From Fibrobacterota bacterium (GTDB lineage: Bacteria; Fibrobacterota; Fibrobacteria; UBA11236): a DNA stretch of 24,447 nt. The notes below the pieces were generated by a model, which saw only the letters and a list, made by a program, of their open reading frames with translations, did not search any database and was not told the DNA's origin. A program made the position numbers and the translations under genes. The stretch spans positions 1 to 24,447 of the forward strand of contig JAYUVP010000344.1 of NCBI GenBank assembly GCA_043753995.1. Direction: 5' to 3'. Positions 8,551 to 16,647 of this stretch are shown here, in pieces (the stretch's first letter is position 1; every line of letters begins with the position of its first letter).

Positions 8551-8990
8551 TTTCACGTCGCAAAGGCCGCGAAATGGGCATGCAAATCCTTTATGCCATG
8601 GAAGTCGGTAGCCAAACCTTTGCCCAAGCCGTCAAGGATTTGGCCCAAGACAAAGAAAACCCCATTGCTCCCGATCATGTGGAGTATGGCAGTAAGCTGG
8701 CACAAACCGTCATCGACCATAAGGCCGATATTGAAGCCCGCATTGGCGAGAACGCCTCCCATTACGATTTAGAGCGCCTCGCCGTCGTCGATCGCCTGGT
8801 TCTCTCCTGCGGCATCGCCGAATTGCTTTATTTCCCTGACGTGCCGATCAAGGTGGCCATCAATGAGGCCATTGATATCGCGAAAAAGTTCTCCACCGGT
8901 GAATCCAGCCGTTTCGTGAATGGCCTGCTGGATGCCATCGCCCGCCAAACCAGTAATCTCCCCGATAGAAAGGACGATCATGCGCCCTGA
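8547..8990 (+). CDS. nusB: Transcription antitermination factor NusB
   Basis: RRKGRE..MQILY, RLAVVDR, VAINEAIDIAKKF, FVNGLLD. ATG at 8547 overlaps the ribH stop (ATGA). Confidence 0.95.
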   Translation: MISRRKGREMGMQILYAMEVGSQTFAQAVKDLAQDKENPIAPDHVEYGSKLAQTVIDHKADIEARIGENASHYDLERLAVVDRLVLSCGIAELLYFPDVPIKVAINEAIDIAKKFSTGESSRFVNGLLDAIARQTSNLPDRKDDHAP

Positions 8991-11862
8991 GACGCGGAAT
9001 CGCCTCATAGTTTCTCTTTTGGTTTTCACCGTCGCCTTGGTGACGTATTGGCTCACGGCCGCGCCGACCGTATCCTTTTGGGATTGCGGCGAATTAATTG
9101 CTGCCGCCAATATTCTGGGCAATCCTCATCCACCGGGAAATCCGTTTTTCACCTTGCTCGCCCGTGCCTTCATCGTCATGATGCCCTTTGATGACATTGG
9201 TTTTCGGGTCAATATCATTTCGGTGATTACCTCGGCGGCCATGGTCACCATGGTTATGCTCTTCACCATTAAGTTGCTCGACTTGATTTTCGAACGCAAG
9301 TTAAGCTCCTTCATCACCTCCATTGCAGGTATGGTCGCTGCCTTCCTGGTGACCTTTTCCGATACGATTTGGTTTTCGGCCGTGGAGGCTGAAGTGTATG
9401 GCGCAGCCATGCTCATTGTCATGACCATTTCCTGGCTTTCGCTTTATTGGTTCGAGCATCGTGGCACCAAAAGAGCGAATCGTGCCCTGGTGATGATCAC
9501 CTATCTCGGTTTCTTGGGCATTTGCATTCATCCCTTTTGCTTTATCACCATGCCCGTGGTCGGTCTTTTCCTGCTCATCGCCGACAAGGACATGCGTAGC
9601 AATGTGCCCGTATGGATTGCGGGAGTGTTATTGCTGTCCGTCGTCTATGCCATCGGCAATTTCCCCTTCTATGCAATGGCGGCCTTGGCTTTGGGTTGCA
9701 TCGGTTGGGCCTTGAGCAAGTCTCGCGAATGGAAGGCCCGCTGGAGTCTAGCCAATTGGCTTTGCATCGTGGCCATGGTGGGCTTTTCCAGCTACCTGTA
9801 TGTTCCGATTCGCTCGTCCGTTCATCCTGAAATCGATGAAGGCCAGCCGAGAACCTATACCGCCTTCAAGGAATACCTGGAGCGCAAGCAATATGGTTCG
9901 GAGTCGATGTTAGCGCGTGCTTTTCATCGGCGTGGCCAGCTCGCCAATCAATTGCTCGTCCATCCCCATATGGGATATGGCGGCTATATGTTGGCCCAGT
10001 ATTTTCCTTGGAAGCAAGGAGAGAATCGCACCGAAGAGGACGAGCCGGTGATTCGCCAAATTTTTGGCAAGAAACACACTTTCGATTCTTTATTCACCCT
10101 GTTTAAGGGCGAGTATAAGATCCAGTATTTGCTTTTTGTGCTATTTCAATTGCCCTTCTTGCTGGGCGGCTATTTTGCCTTCCGGCATAAAAAACCCCTT
10201 GGGCTTTACATACTCATGCTTTATGGCGCCACCAGTTTCGGCCTCATTTTTTATATGAATTTCGCCGACGGCTCGGGCTATGAAATGCGTGATTGGGACT
10301 ATTGGAAGAGCACGGGATTCAAGCCGGACGCCAAGCCAGATCCCGTGCATTTGGAAGTGCGCGATCGCGATTACTTCTTCACACCCGGTTTCATTTACAT
10401 GGGTGTGCTATTCGGCATTGCTGCGGCCTTTTTACTGCGTCGCCTTCAACGCATGAGCGGCGGAGGCGGTGGAATTTTGGTGAAGGGCACCGGTATTTCT
10501 ATTGCCGTGTTATGCGCCGTGGTACCAGGCTGGTCCAATTGGGTCGAGCATAATCGCAGTGCGATGTATATGCCATGGGATTATGCCTATAACCTTTTGA
10601 ACTCTTGTCGTCCCAATGCGGTTCTCTTTACCAATGGCGACAATGACACCTTTCCGCTGTGGTATATGCAAACCGTCGAGAATGTCCGCACCGACGTTCG
10701 GGTGGTCAACCTCTCCCTGGTCAATACCAACTGGTATATCCATCAGCTCAAAGAGCATGGCAATAAGCTGAAAATCGGTTTCACTCCTGAAGAAATCGAT
10801 GGCATGGAGCCGCAGCCATGGAAATTCGATAAGCCCATAGCCTTCAAGGTGCCTCGTTCCAAAATAGTGGCGGAAATTCCCCCGCGCGGCTACTTGCGCG
10901 TGCAAGACATCATGGTTTTGCACGTGGTTCAGAACAATTATCCGGATAGGCCCATGCAATTCGCCGTCACGGTCGGTGATGACAATATGATGGGCTTGGA
11001 AAAGTGGGTGAAAATGGAGGGTATGGTCTATACCCTCATGGAAACCCAGGACAACAAATCCATCGATCCGGAATTGACCGCAAAATTGGTGGATTCGGTT
11101 TATCGCTTCCGCAAATTGGGCGATTCGGGCGTTTATATCGATGGAAATACCGAAGGTCTCCTCACCAATTATTCGGCCACCAACTTTCGTCTGGTGATGT
11201 GGGCTCAGGATCGCATCGAAGAAATCGACCGTCGTCTCGACAGTGTGCGCCAAGCCGGATCTGCCGACTCGTCCAAGACCTTGTTGGACTCCTTGCAAAA
11301 TGCGCGCAACGAGAAAATGGCCTTTGCTGAGAAATACCTGAAGCTGAACGCTCGCCTCTTACCACGCGAATGGAGAACGCATTATTACTCGGCACAACTT
11401 TATTTAGGCGCCAAGGATTTTGTGAAGGCCGAAGCCGCTTTGGAAAAAGGGCTGTCCATGGCCTCGGATCCCAAGCCATTCACCATGAATTTGGTCGAAC
11501 TCTATCTCCAACGCAATGACACGGTGAAGGCTGGAAAACTGCTCGGCGACCTCAAAGGCCGCTACCCGAATGATTTCGAGGTTTGGTATAGCTTGGCTGA
11601 GCTTTATCAAAAGCGCGGTGATTTGGCTACAGCCCGCAACCTTTTGAACGATTGGGTGCAACGTAATCCAAGTCATCAATACGCGGGCTTAATCATGCAG
11701 ACGGTTCAGCAATTGGACAGCCGTATGCGCAATCCTGCCGCTTCCATGCCCCTTCCAGCCGAACAAGGCCCAGCCGTCGATTCGACCTCCAAGGCCGCGC
11801 CTCCCGCCAAAGGCAAGGATACCGCTCAACGCGGCGCCGCCGCGGAGCCACCTAAAGGGTAA
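8980..11862 (+). CDS. DUF2723 / TMEM260-like membrane glycosyltransferase (GT-C) with C-terminal TPR-like region
   Basis: TAAPTVSFWDCGE, HPPGNPFF, WFSAVEAEVY, RDRDYF, LFTNGDNDTFPLWY, VRTDVRVVNLSLVNTNWYI. Many TM helices and a helical TPR-like C-terminus. ATG 8980 has an AAAGGA RBS. Confidence 0.88.
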   Translation: MRPETRNRLIVSLLVFTVALVTYWLTAAPTVSFWDCGELIAAANILGNPHPPGNPFFTLLARAFIVMMPFDDIGFRVNIISVITSAAMVTMVMLFTIKLLDLIFERKLSSFITSIAGMVAAFLVTFSDTIWFSAVEAEVYGAAMLIVMTISWLSLYWFEHRGTKRANRALVMITYLGFLGICIHPFCFITMPVVGLFLLIADKDMRSNVPVWIAGVLLLSVVYAIGNFPFYAMAALALGCIGWALSKSREWKARWSLANWLCIVAMVGFSSYLYVPIRSSVHPEIDEGQPRTYTAFKEYLERKQYGSESMLARAFHRRGQLANQLLVHPHMGYGGYMLAQYFPWKQGENRTEEDEPVIRQIFGKKHTFDSLFTLFKGEYKIQYLLFVLFQLPFLLGGYFAFRHKKPLGLYILMLYGATSFGLIFYMNFADGSGYEMRDWDYWKSTGFKPDAKPDPVHLEVRDRDYFFTPGFIYMGVLFGIAAAFLLRRLQRMSGGGGGILVKGTGISIAVLCAVVPGWSNWVEHNRSAMYMPWDYAYNLLNSCRPNAVLFTNGDNDTFPLWYMQTVENVRTDVRVVNLSLVNTNWYIHQLKEHGNKLKIGFTPEEIDGMEPQPWKFDKPIAFKVPRSKIVAEIPPRGYLRVQDIMVLHVVQNNYPDRPMQFAVTVGDDNMMGLEKWVKMEGMVYTLMETQDNKSIDPELTAKLVDSVYRFRKLGDSGVYIDGNTEGLLTNYSATNFRLVMWAQDRIEEIDRRLDSVRQAGSADSSKTLLDSLQNARNEKMAFAEKYLKLNARLLPREWRTHYYSAQLYLGAKDFVKAEAALEKGLSMASDPKPFTMNLVELYLQRNDTVKAGKLLGDLKGRYPNDFEVWYSLAELYQKRGDLATARNLLNDWVQRNPSHQYAGLIMQTVQQLDSRMRNPAASMPLPAEQGPAVDSTSKAAPPAKGKDTAQRGAAAEPPKG

Positions 11863-12989
11863 TGGCTCCCCCGCGAGTCCTCATTGTCAATTGGCGGGAT
11901 ATCCGCAATCCCGAGGCCGGTGGTGCCGAGGTTCACCTTCATGAGGTGGCCCGGCGCCTGGTTCGGGACGGTTTTCCATGTTTGCAATACAGCCACGCTT
12001 TTCCCGGTGCGCCTGCCGAAGAGGTGATAGACGGATTACCCGTTCGTCGCGTCGGCGGAAAGCTCACCTTCAATTGGACGGTATGGCGTCACTTGGCATC
12101 CTGGTGTCGAGATTTCGAAGCTGACGTGGTACTTGATGATTCAAACAAGGTCGCCTTTTTCGCGCCATGGTTTTGCAATCGTCCCGTAGTTTTGCAATTG
12201 CATCATTTATTCGGTCGTGTGCTTTTTCATGAAACTTCGTGGCCCATGGCCTTGTACGTGCTTTTTTTCGAGGCTTTAATGCCGCATGCCTATAAGCGCG
12301 TGCAGGTATTGACGGGTTCGCAAAGCAGCCGGACCGAATTATTGTCGCGGGGCTTTCAGCGCGTCGATTTGGCGCCCGAAGGTGTGGATCCCCTGGGGTA
12401 TAAGCTCGGCCCGCCTCTGGACCAGCGTCAACCCCTCGTACTTTATGTGGGCCGCATCAAGCGCTATAAAAAACTTGACGTGATTTTGCGGGCCGTAGCA
12501 AGCCTGCGCCAAGACATACCCGGTCTGACTTTCTGGGTGGCGGGATCCGGTGATGACAAGGTGAGATTGCAAGAATTATCCCGGGAATTGGGCTTAACCG
12601 AGATGGTACGCTTTCTGGGTTTTGTGGAAGAAGCGGACAAGGTGCGGCTTTATGGCGAGGCCAAGGTGGTGGTGAACTCATCCCTCAAGGAAGGCTGGGG
12701 TCTGACCTCAATTGAGGCCAATGCCTGCGGCACTCCCGTCGTGGCCACCGATGTACCCGGCCTCTGTGACAGTGTTCGCCATGGTGAAACCGGTTTTCTT
12801 GTGCCCTTCGGTGACATCGAGGCCTTCGCCTCGGCTCTGCGCCGTTTATTGACCGATGCGGCCTTGGCCGAAAGCATGGCCGAAAAGGCCAAGGCTTGGG
12901 CAGCGCAGCATACATGGGAGCCGGCCTATATCGCCACTCGACAAGCCATCCTAGCCGCTCATGAAACCGGACGTCCTACCCACTCATGA
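11862..12989 (+). CDS. Glycosyltransferase family 4 (GT-B)
   Basis: NWRDIRNPEAGGAE, YVGRIKRYK, E-x7-E motif EGWGLTSIEANACGTPVV. Confidence 0.92.
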   Translation: MAPPRVLIVNWRDIRNPEAGGAEVHLHEVARRLVRDGFPCLQYSHAFPGAPAEEVIDGLPVRRVGGKLTFNWTVWRHLASWCRDFEADVVLDDSNKVAFFAPWFCNRPVVLQLHHLFGRVLFHETSWPMALYVLFFEALMPHAYKRVQVLTGSQSSRTELLSRGFQRVDLAPEGVDPLGYKLGPPLDQRQPLVLYVGRIKRYKKLDVILRAVASLRQDIPGLTFWVAGSGDDKVRLQELSRELGLTEMVRFLGFVEEADKVRLYGEAKVVVNSSLKEGWGLTSIEANACGTPVVATDVPGLCDSVRHGETGFLVPFGDIEAFASALRRLLTDAALAESMAEKAKAWAAQHTWEPAYIATRQAILAAHETGRPTHS

Positions 12990-14017
12990 CGGCAGCTTGG
13001 AAAATTTGGGGCCGTCGCCTATGGCCGATATTACGCCTGCTTCTGGTTGTCGGTCTTCTGTGGTGGGTGGTGGCCAATAAAGGACGCGAAAAAATATTGG
13101 CGGCCTTGCTCAGCGCCCATGCCGGTTGGCTCATTTTCGGCGGTGTGCTTTTCTTTTTGTCCATAGTCCTTGGCGCTTGGCAATGGCATTTGCTTTTGCG
13201 ATGGCAAGGCGTAAGGATGAAATTCTCGCAAACCTTTCGCACTTATTATGTCGGGCTCTTCCTGAATAATTTTTTGCCTGGCACGGTAGGCGGGGATGTG
13301 GTGCGCGTGGTCGAGGCACGGCGTGCCGCCGAAAGCTGGGGCAAAGCCGCGGCGGCCACCTTGCTCGATCGCCTCATGGGTTTTGCCGCCCTTTCGGTTC
13401 TTGCCTGGGTCGCCTTGCTCTGGGAGCGAATGAGGGGGGTGCTCGCTGGCGATGTCTTCTTGCATTTATTTAAAGCCGTTTCCCTGATCACATTTAGTTT
13501 TACCGTCGCGCTAATCTTTCTGCTTTCCCAGCGCGTTTCCTCGGCCATCCATGCCATCGTGCGACGCACTCCCTGGCGCAAGCTAGATGGCGCCTATACG
13601 CGCCTGCAAGAAGTGGTCACGGCCTATCGCAAACAATGGAAACGCATGGGCGGGCTTTTTTCCATCGCCTTGACCGTGCAAATCTTGCGCGTGGCTGTGC
13701 ATTGGACGGCCGGCATAGGCCTCGGCCTTTCCATCGCCCCCGCCTTTTATTTCTGCTTCATTCCCATCATGGCCTTGGCAGGGCTGGTGCCCATCAATGT
13801 CGGCGGCTGGGGCATACCTCAAAGTCTCGGCACCTATTTGTATAGCCTGCCGGGCGTCATGCCATCCCATCTTCCAGATGCCGCTGCAAGCGCGGCGGCC
13901 CTCGCCTTTTTACCTTCGGTGCTGGGCTTTGTGGTGATGCTGGGTGGCGGCATTTACCTGGTCTTGGGCCGCTCCAAACAAGTCAATACAGATCATTCGG
14001 CTCATCCTCAAAGTTGA
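12986..14017 (+). CDS. UPF0104 / LPG-synthase TM-domain flippase-like membrane protein
   Basis: QWHLLL, GLFLNNFLPGTVGGDVVR, LDRLMG, VPINVGGWG. Polytopic. Confidence 0.87.
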   Translation: MTAAWKIWGRRLWPILRLLLVVGLLWWVVANKGREKILAALLSAHAGWLIFGGVLFFLSIVLGAWQWHLLLRWQGVRMKFSQTFRTYYVGLFLNNFLPGTVGGDVVRVVEARRAAESWGKAAAATLLDRLMGFAALSVLAWVALLWERMRGVLAGDVFLHLFKAVSLITFSFTVALIFLLSQRVSSAIHAIVRRTPWRKLDGAYTRLQEVVTAYRKQWKRMGGLFSIALTVQILRVAVHWTAGIGLGLSIAPAFYFCFIPIMALAGLVPINVGGWGIPQSLGTYLYSLPGVMPSHLPDAAASAAALAFLPSVLGFVVMLGGGIYLVLGRSKQVNTDHSAHPQS

Positions 14018-14025
14018 GGGACGGT

Positions 14026-14964
14026 ATGCGCATTTCCCTGGTCATTCCCGCTTACAATGAGGCCGAAAGCCTGCCCCATCTTTTCGCCGAAATTCGCACG
14101 GTTTGCGAGCGGGAAAAATTGGATTTCGAAGTGATTGTCGTCGACGACGGCAGTCGCGACGGCACCTTCGCGGCCGTGAAGGCAGCGCAAGCCAACGACC
14201 CGCGCGTGCAGGGCATTCGCTTTCGCAGCAATCGAGGCAAGGCCGCCGCCTTGGCCGAAGGCTTTCGCCGCGTCAGCGGCGACGTTGTCATCACCATGGA
14301 TGCCGATTTACAGGACAATCCCGAAGAAATCCCCTTATTGCTGCAAAAGTTGGAGCAAGGCTGGGACATGGTTTCGGGATGGAAACAAGTGCGCCACGAT
14401 CCATGGCACAAGACCCTACCGAGCAAAGTTTTCAATTTCTTCACCGTGAAGGCTAGCGGATTGCACCTGCACGATTTTAATTGTGGCCTGAAAGCCTATC
14501 GTCGGGAAGTGGTGCAAAGCCTGAATCTCTACGGTGAGTTGCATCGCTATATACCCGTGCTTGCTCATTGGAATGGCTTCAAAGTCACCGAAAAATCAGT
14601 CCAGCATCGCGCAAGGCAATTTGGCCATAGCAAATACGGCTGGGCACGTCTTAATAATGGCCTATTCGATTTGATCACCTTGCTTTTTCTGCATCGCTAT
14701 ACGCGTCGGCCCTTGCATTTATTTGGCTTCGTGGGTTTGCTCTTCAGCTTCCTCGGCATGGCCGTGCTTGCGGGCTTTTCCCTGGAGTGGGTTGTGACGG
14801 GCCATTTGCATGTGCGGCCGCTCATGATTGGCGGCGTTGCTTTCATGATAGTGGGTATACAATTCATTTCCATCGGCCTCTTGGGAGAAATGATCAATCA
14901 TCGCTCCGCCGATGCGCCGCCGCCTTTGCAAGAAGTGACGTCGGGTTTGAAGTCCATCGCCTGA
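14026..14964 (+). CDS. GT2 polyprenyl-phosphate glycosyltransferase, ArnC/GtrB-like, with two C-terminal TM helices
   Basis: IPAYNEAESL, VDDGSRD, NRGKAAAL, MDADLQD, HDFNCGLKAYR, GELHRYIP. Start ATG 14026 follows GAGGG (ORF track uses TTG 14014). Confidence 0.9.
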   Translation: MRISLVIPAYNEAESLPHLFAEIRTVCEREKLDFEVIVVDDGSRDGTFAAVKAAQANDPRVQGIRFRSNRGKAAALAEGFRRVSGDVVITMDADLQDNPEEIPLLLQKLEQGWDMVSGWKQVRHDPWHKTLPSKVFNFFTVKASGLHLHDFNCGLKAYRREVVQSLNLYGELHRYIPVLAHWNGFKVTEKSVQHRARQFGHSKYGWARLNNGLFDLITLLFLHRYTRRPLHLFGFVGLLFSFLGMAVLAGFSLEWVVTGHLHVRPLMIGGVAFMIVGIQFISIGLLGEMINHRSADAPPPLQEVTSGLKSIA

Positions 14965-15003
14965 AATAAACGGAAATCGGTTACGGTCCTAAAAGGGAGA
15001 GCT

Positions 15004-15906
15004 GTGCGCATTCTAATCATAGGCAGCAATGGTCTATTAGGCCAAAACTTGGTGCAAACCTCACCCGCCTCGTGGGTCTTGGGTGGCTTAGGATCGGAAG
15101 CCATTTCCGCCTTCGCAGCTTCGCCCAATTCTAAACTGCGAAGCTACCGCCAAGTCGACATTACCCAGGCCTCCAGTCTTCGCACCGCCATCGCCGAATT
15201 CCAGCCCGACTGGTTGGTGAATGCCGCCGCATTAACCGATGTCGATCGTTGCGAGCGCGAGCCCGCGCTTTGCACTGCCGTCAATCGCGATGCCGTGGGG
15301 ACTTTGGCCGCTTCGGGTGTGCCCCTGGCGCATGTCAGCACCGACTATGTATTCGACGGCGTTTCTGGGCCTTATCGTGAAGACGATGCGGTGCATCCCC
15401 TGAGCGTCTATGGGCAAACCAAGCTGGAATCCGAAGCCATGGTCTTAGGCGCTCGGCCCGGGGGACATGAGCAAAATATTGTGGTGCGTACCATGTTGCT
15501 TTGGGGCCTGGGCCAGGGAACCAAAACCCAATTCCCCGACTTCATTCGCAACAGCCTGCAAGCCGGCAAGCGGGTGCGTATTGTCACCGACCAAATCGGC
15601 CACCCCACCTTGGCCCATGATTTAGCCGAAGCCATTTGGGCCTTGATCGGTAAGTCCTGCCATGGGCTTTACCATGCCGCCGGTGCCGATTGCATGAGTC
15701 GTTTGGAATGGACTCAGGCCATAGCCCAGTTTTATCAGCTCGATACCGGTTTAATTGACACCTGCCTCACCGCCGACCTAGGACAAGCCGCCAAGCGCCC
15801 CTTAAATTCGGGGCTACTTAGCGACAAATTGGCGCGAGACACGGGCTATCGCCTCCGCGGCGTCCGTGAACAATTGGATTTCTTATCGGACCCTAAGCCT
15901 GTTTAA
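15004..15906 (+). CDS. rmlD: dTDP-4-dehydrorhamnose reductase (SDR)
   Basis: GSNGLLG, NAAALTDVDRCE, STDYVFDG, YGQTK, DQIGHPT. GTG start after AAAGGGAGA. Confidence 0.88.
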   Translation: MRILIIGSNGLLGQNLVQTSPASWVLGGLGSEAISAFAASPNSKLRSYRQVDITQASSLRTAIAEFQPDWLVNAAALTDVDRCEREPALCTAVNRDAVGTLAASGVPLAHVSTDYVFDGVSGPYREDDAVHPLSVYGQTKLESEAMVLGARPGGHEQNIVVRTMLLWGLGQGTKTQFPDFIRNSLQAGKRVRIVTDQIGHPTLAHDLAEAIWALIGKSCHGLYHAAGADCMSRLEWTQAIAQFYQLDTGLIDTCLTADLGQAAKRPLNSGLLSDKLARDTGYRLRGVREQLDFLSDPKPV

Positions 15907-15930
15907 CCTCGGATTGTAATTTCTAAGCAC

Positions 15931-16647
15931 ATGCCAAGCTCTGCCAGCACTTTAATCGTCATTCCCACCTACAATGAGATGGAAAACCTACCTCGATTGC
16001 TCGAACGCATCGAGGCTTTGCAATTGGGCTTGCATGTCCTCGTCGTGGACGATGGCTCCCCTGATGGAACAGGGAAGTGGGTGCGCGATCAATTGCCGAA
16101 CCGTGCCTACCTTCGCCTGCTGGAGCGCCAAGGCAAATTAGGCCTGGGCAGCGCCTATGTGGCGGGCTTCAAATACGCCCTCGCCAATGGCTATGAATTC
16201 GTTTTTGAAATGGACGCCGATTTTTCCCATGATCCGGCTTCCTTGCCGGTTTTTCTGAAGGAAATCGAGTCGAATGACTTGGTGCTCGGCAGCCGTTATA
16301 TCAATGGCATTAGCGTGGTGAATTGGCCCATGAGTCGGCTTTTGCTCAGCTATTTCGCAAATATGTACGCCCGGATCGTGACCGGTTTGCCTATACAAGA
16401 CGCCACCGGCGGCTTCAAGTGCTTTCGCACCTCGGCCCTCCGTGCTCTCGATTTGGATCGCGTCAAAAGCGATGGCTATAGCTTTCAAATTGAAGTCAAT
16501 TACAAGCTGTGGAAAAAAGGCTTTCGCATCCGCGAAATCCCCATCATTTTCATGGACCGTACCGCGGGCCAAAGCAAGATGTCTGGCAAAATTATCAAGG
16601 AGGCGCTTTTCCTCTTGATACGCTTGCGCTTGGGGGGCGCTAGGTGA
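15931..16647 (+). CDS. Polyprenol monophosphomannose synthase (DPM1/Ppm1-like GT2)
   Basis: IPTYNEMEN, VDDGSPDGT, KLGLGSAYVAGF, EMDADFSHDP, DATGGFKCF, GYSFQIE, GQSKMS. Confidence 0.88.
   Translation: MPSSASTLIVIPTYNEMENLPRLLERIEALQLGLHVLVVDDGSPDGTGKWVRDQLPNRAYLRLLERQGKLGLGSAYVAGFKYALANGYEFVFEMDADFSHDPASLPVFLKEIESNDLVLGSRYINGISVVNWPMSRLLLSYFANMYARIVTGLPIQDATGGFKCFRTSALRALDLDRVKSDGYSFQIEVNYKLWKKGFRIREIPIIFMDRTAGQSKMSGKIIKEALFLLIRLRLGGAR

Noticed and set aside
10510..11298. 262-aa antisense ORF, and similar shadow ORFs such as 5991-6575 and 19830-20561
   Set aside because: They lie opposite well-supported genes, have no motifs, and are expected at this GC content.
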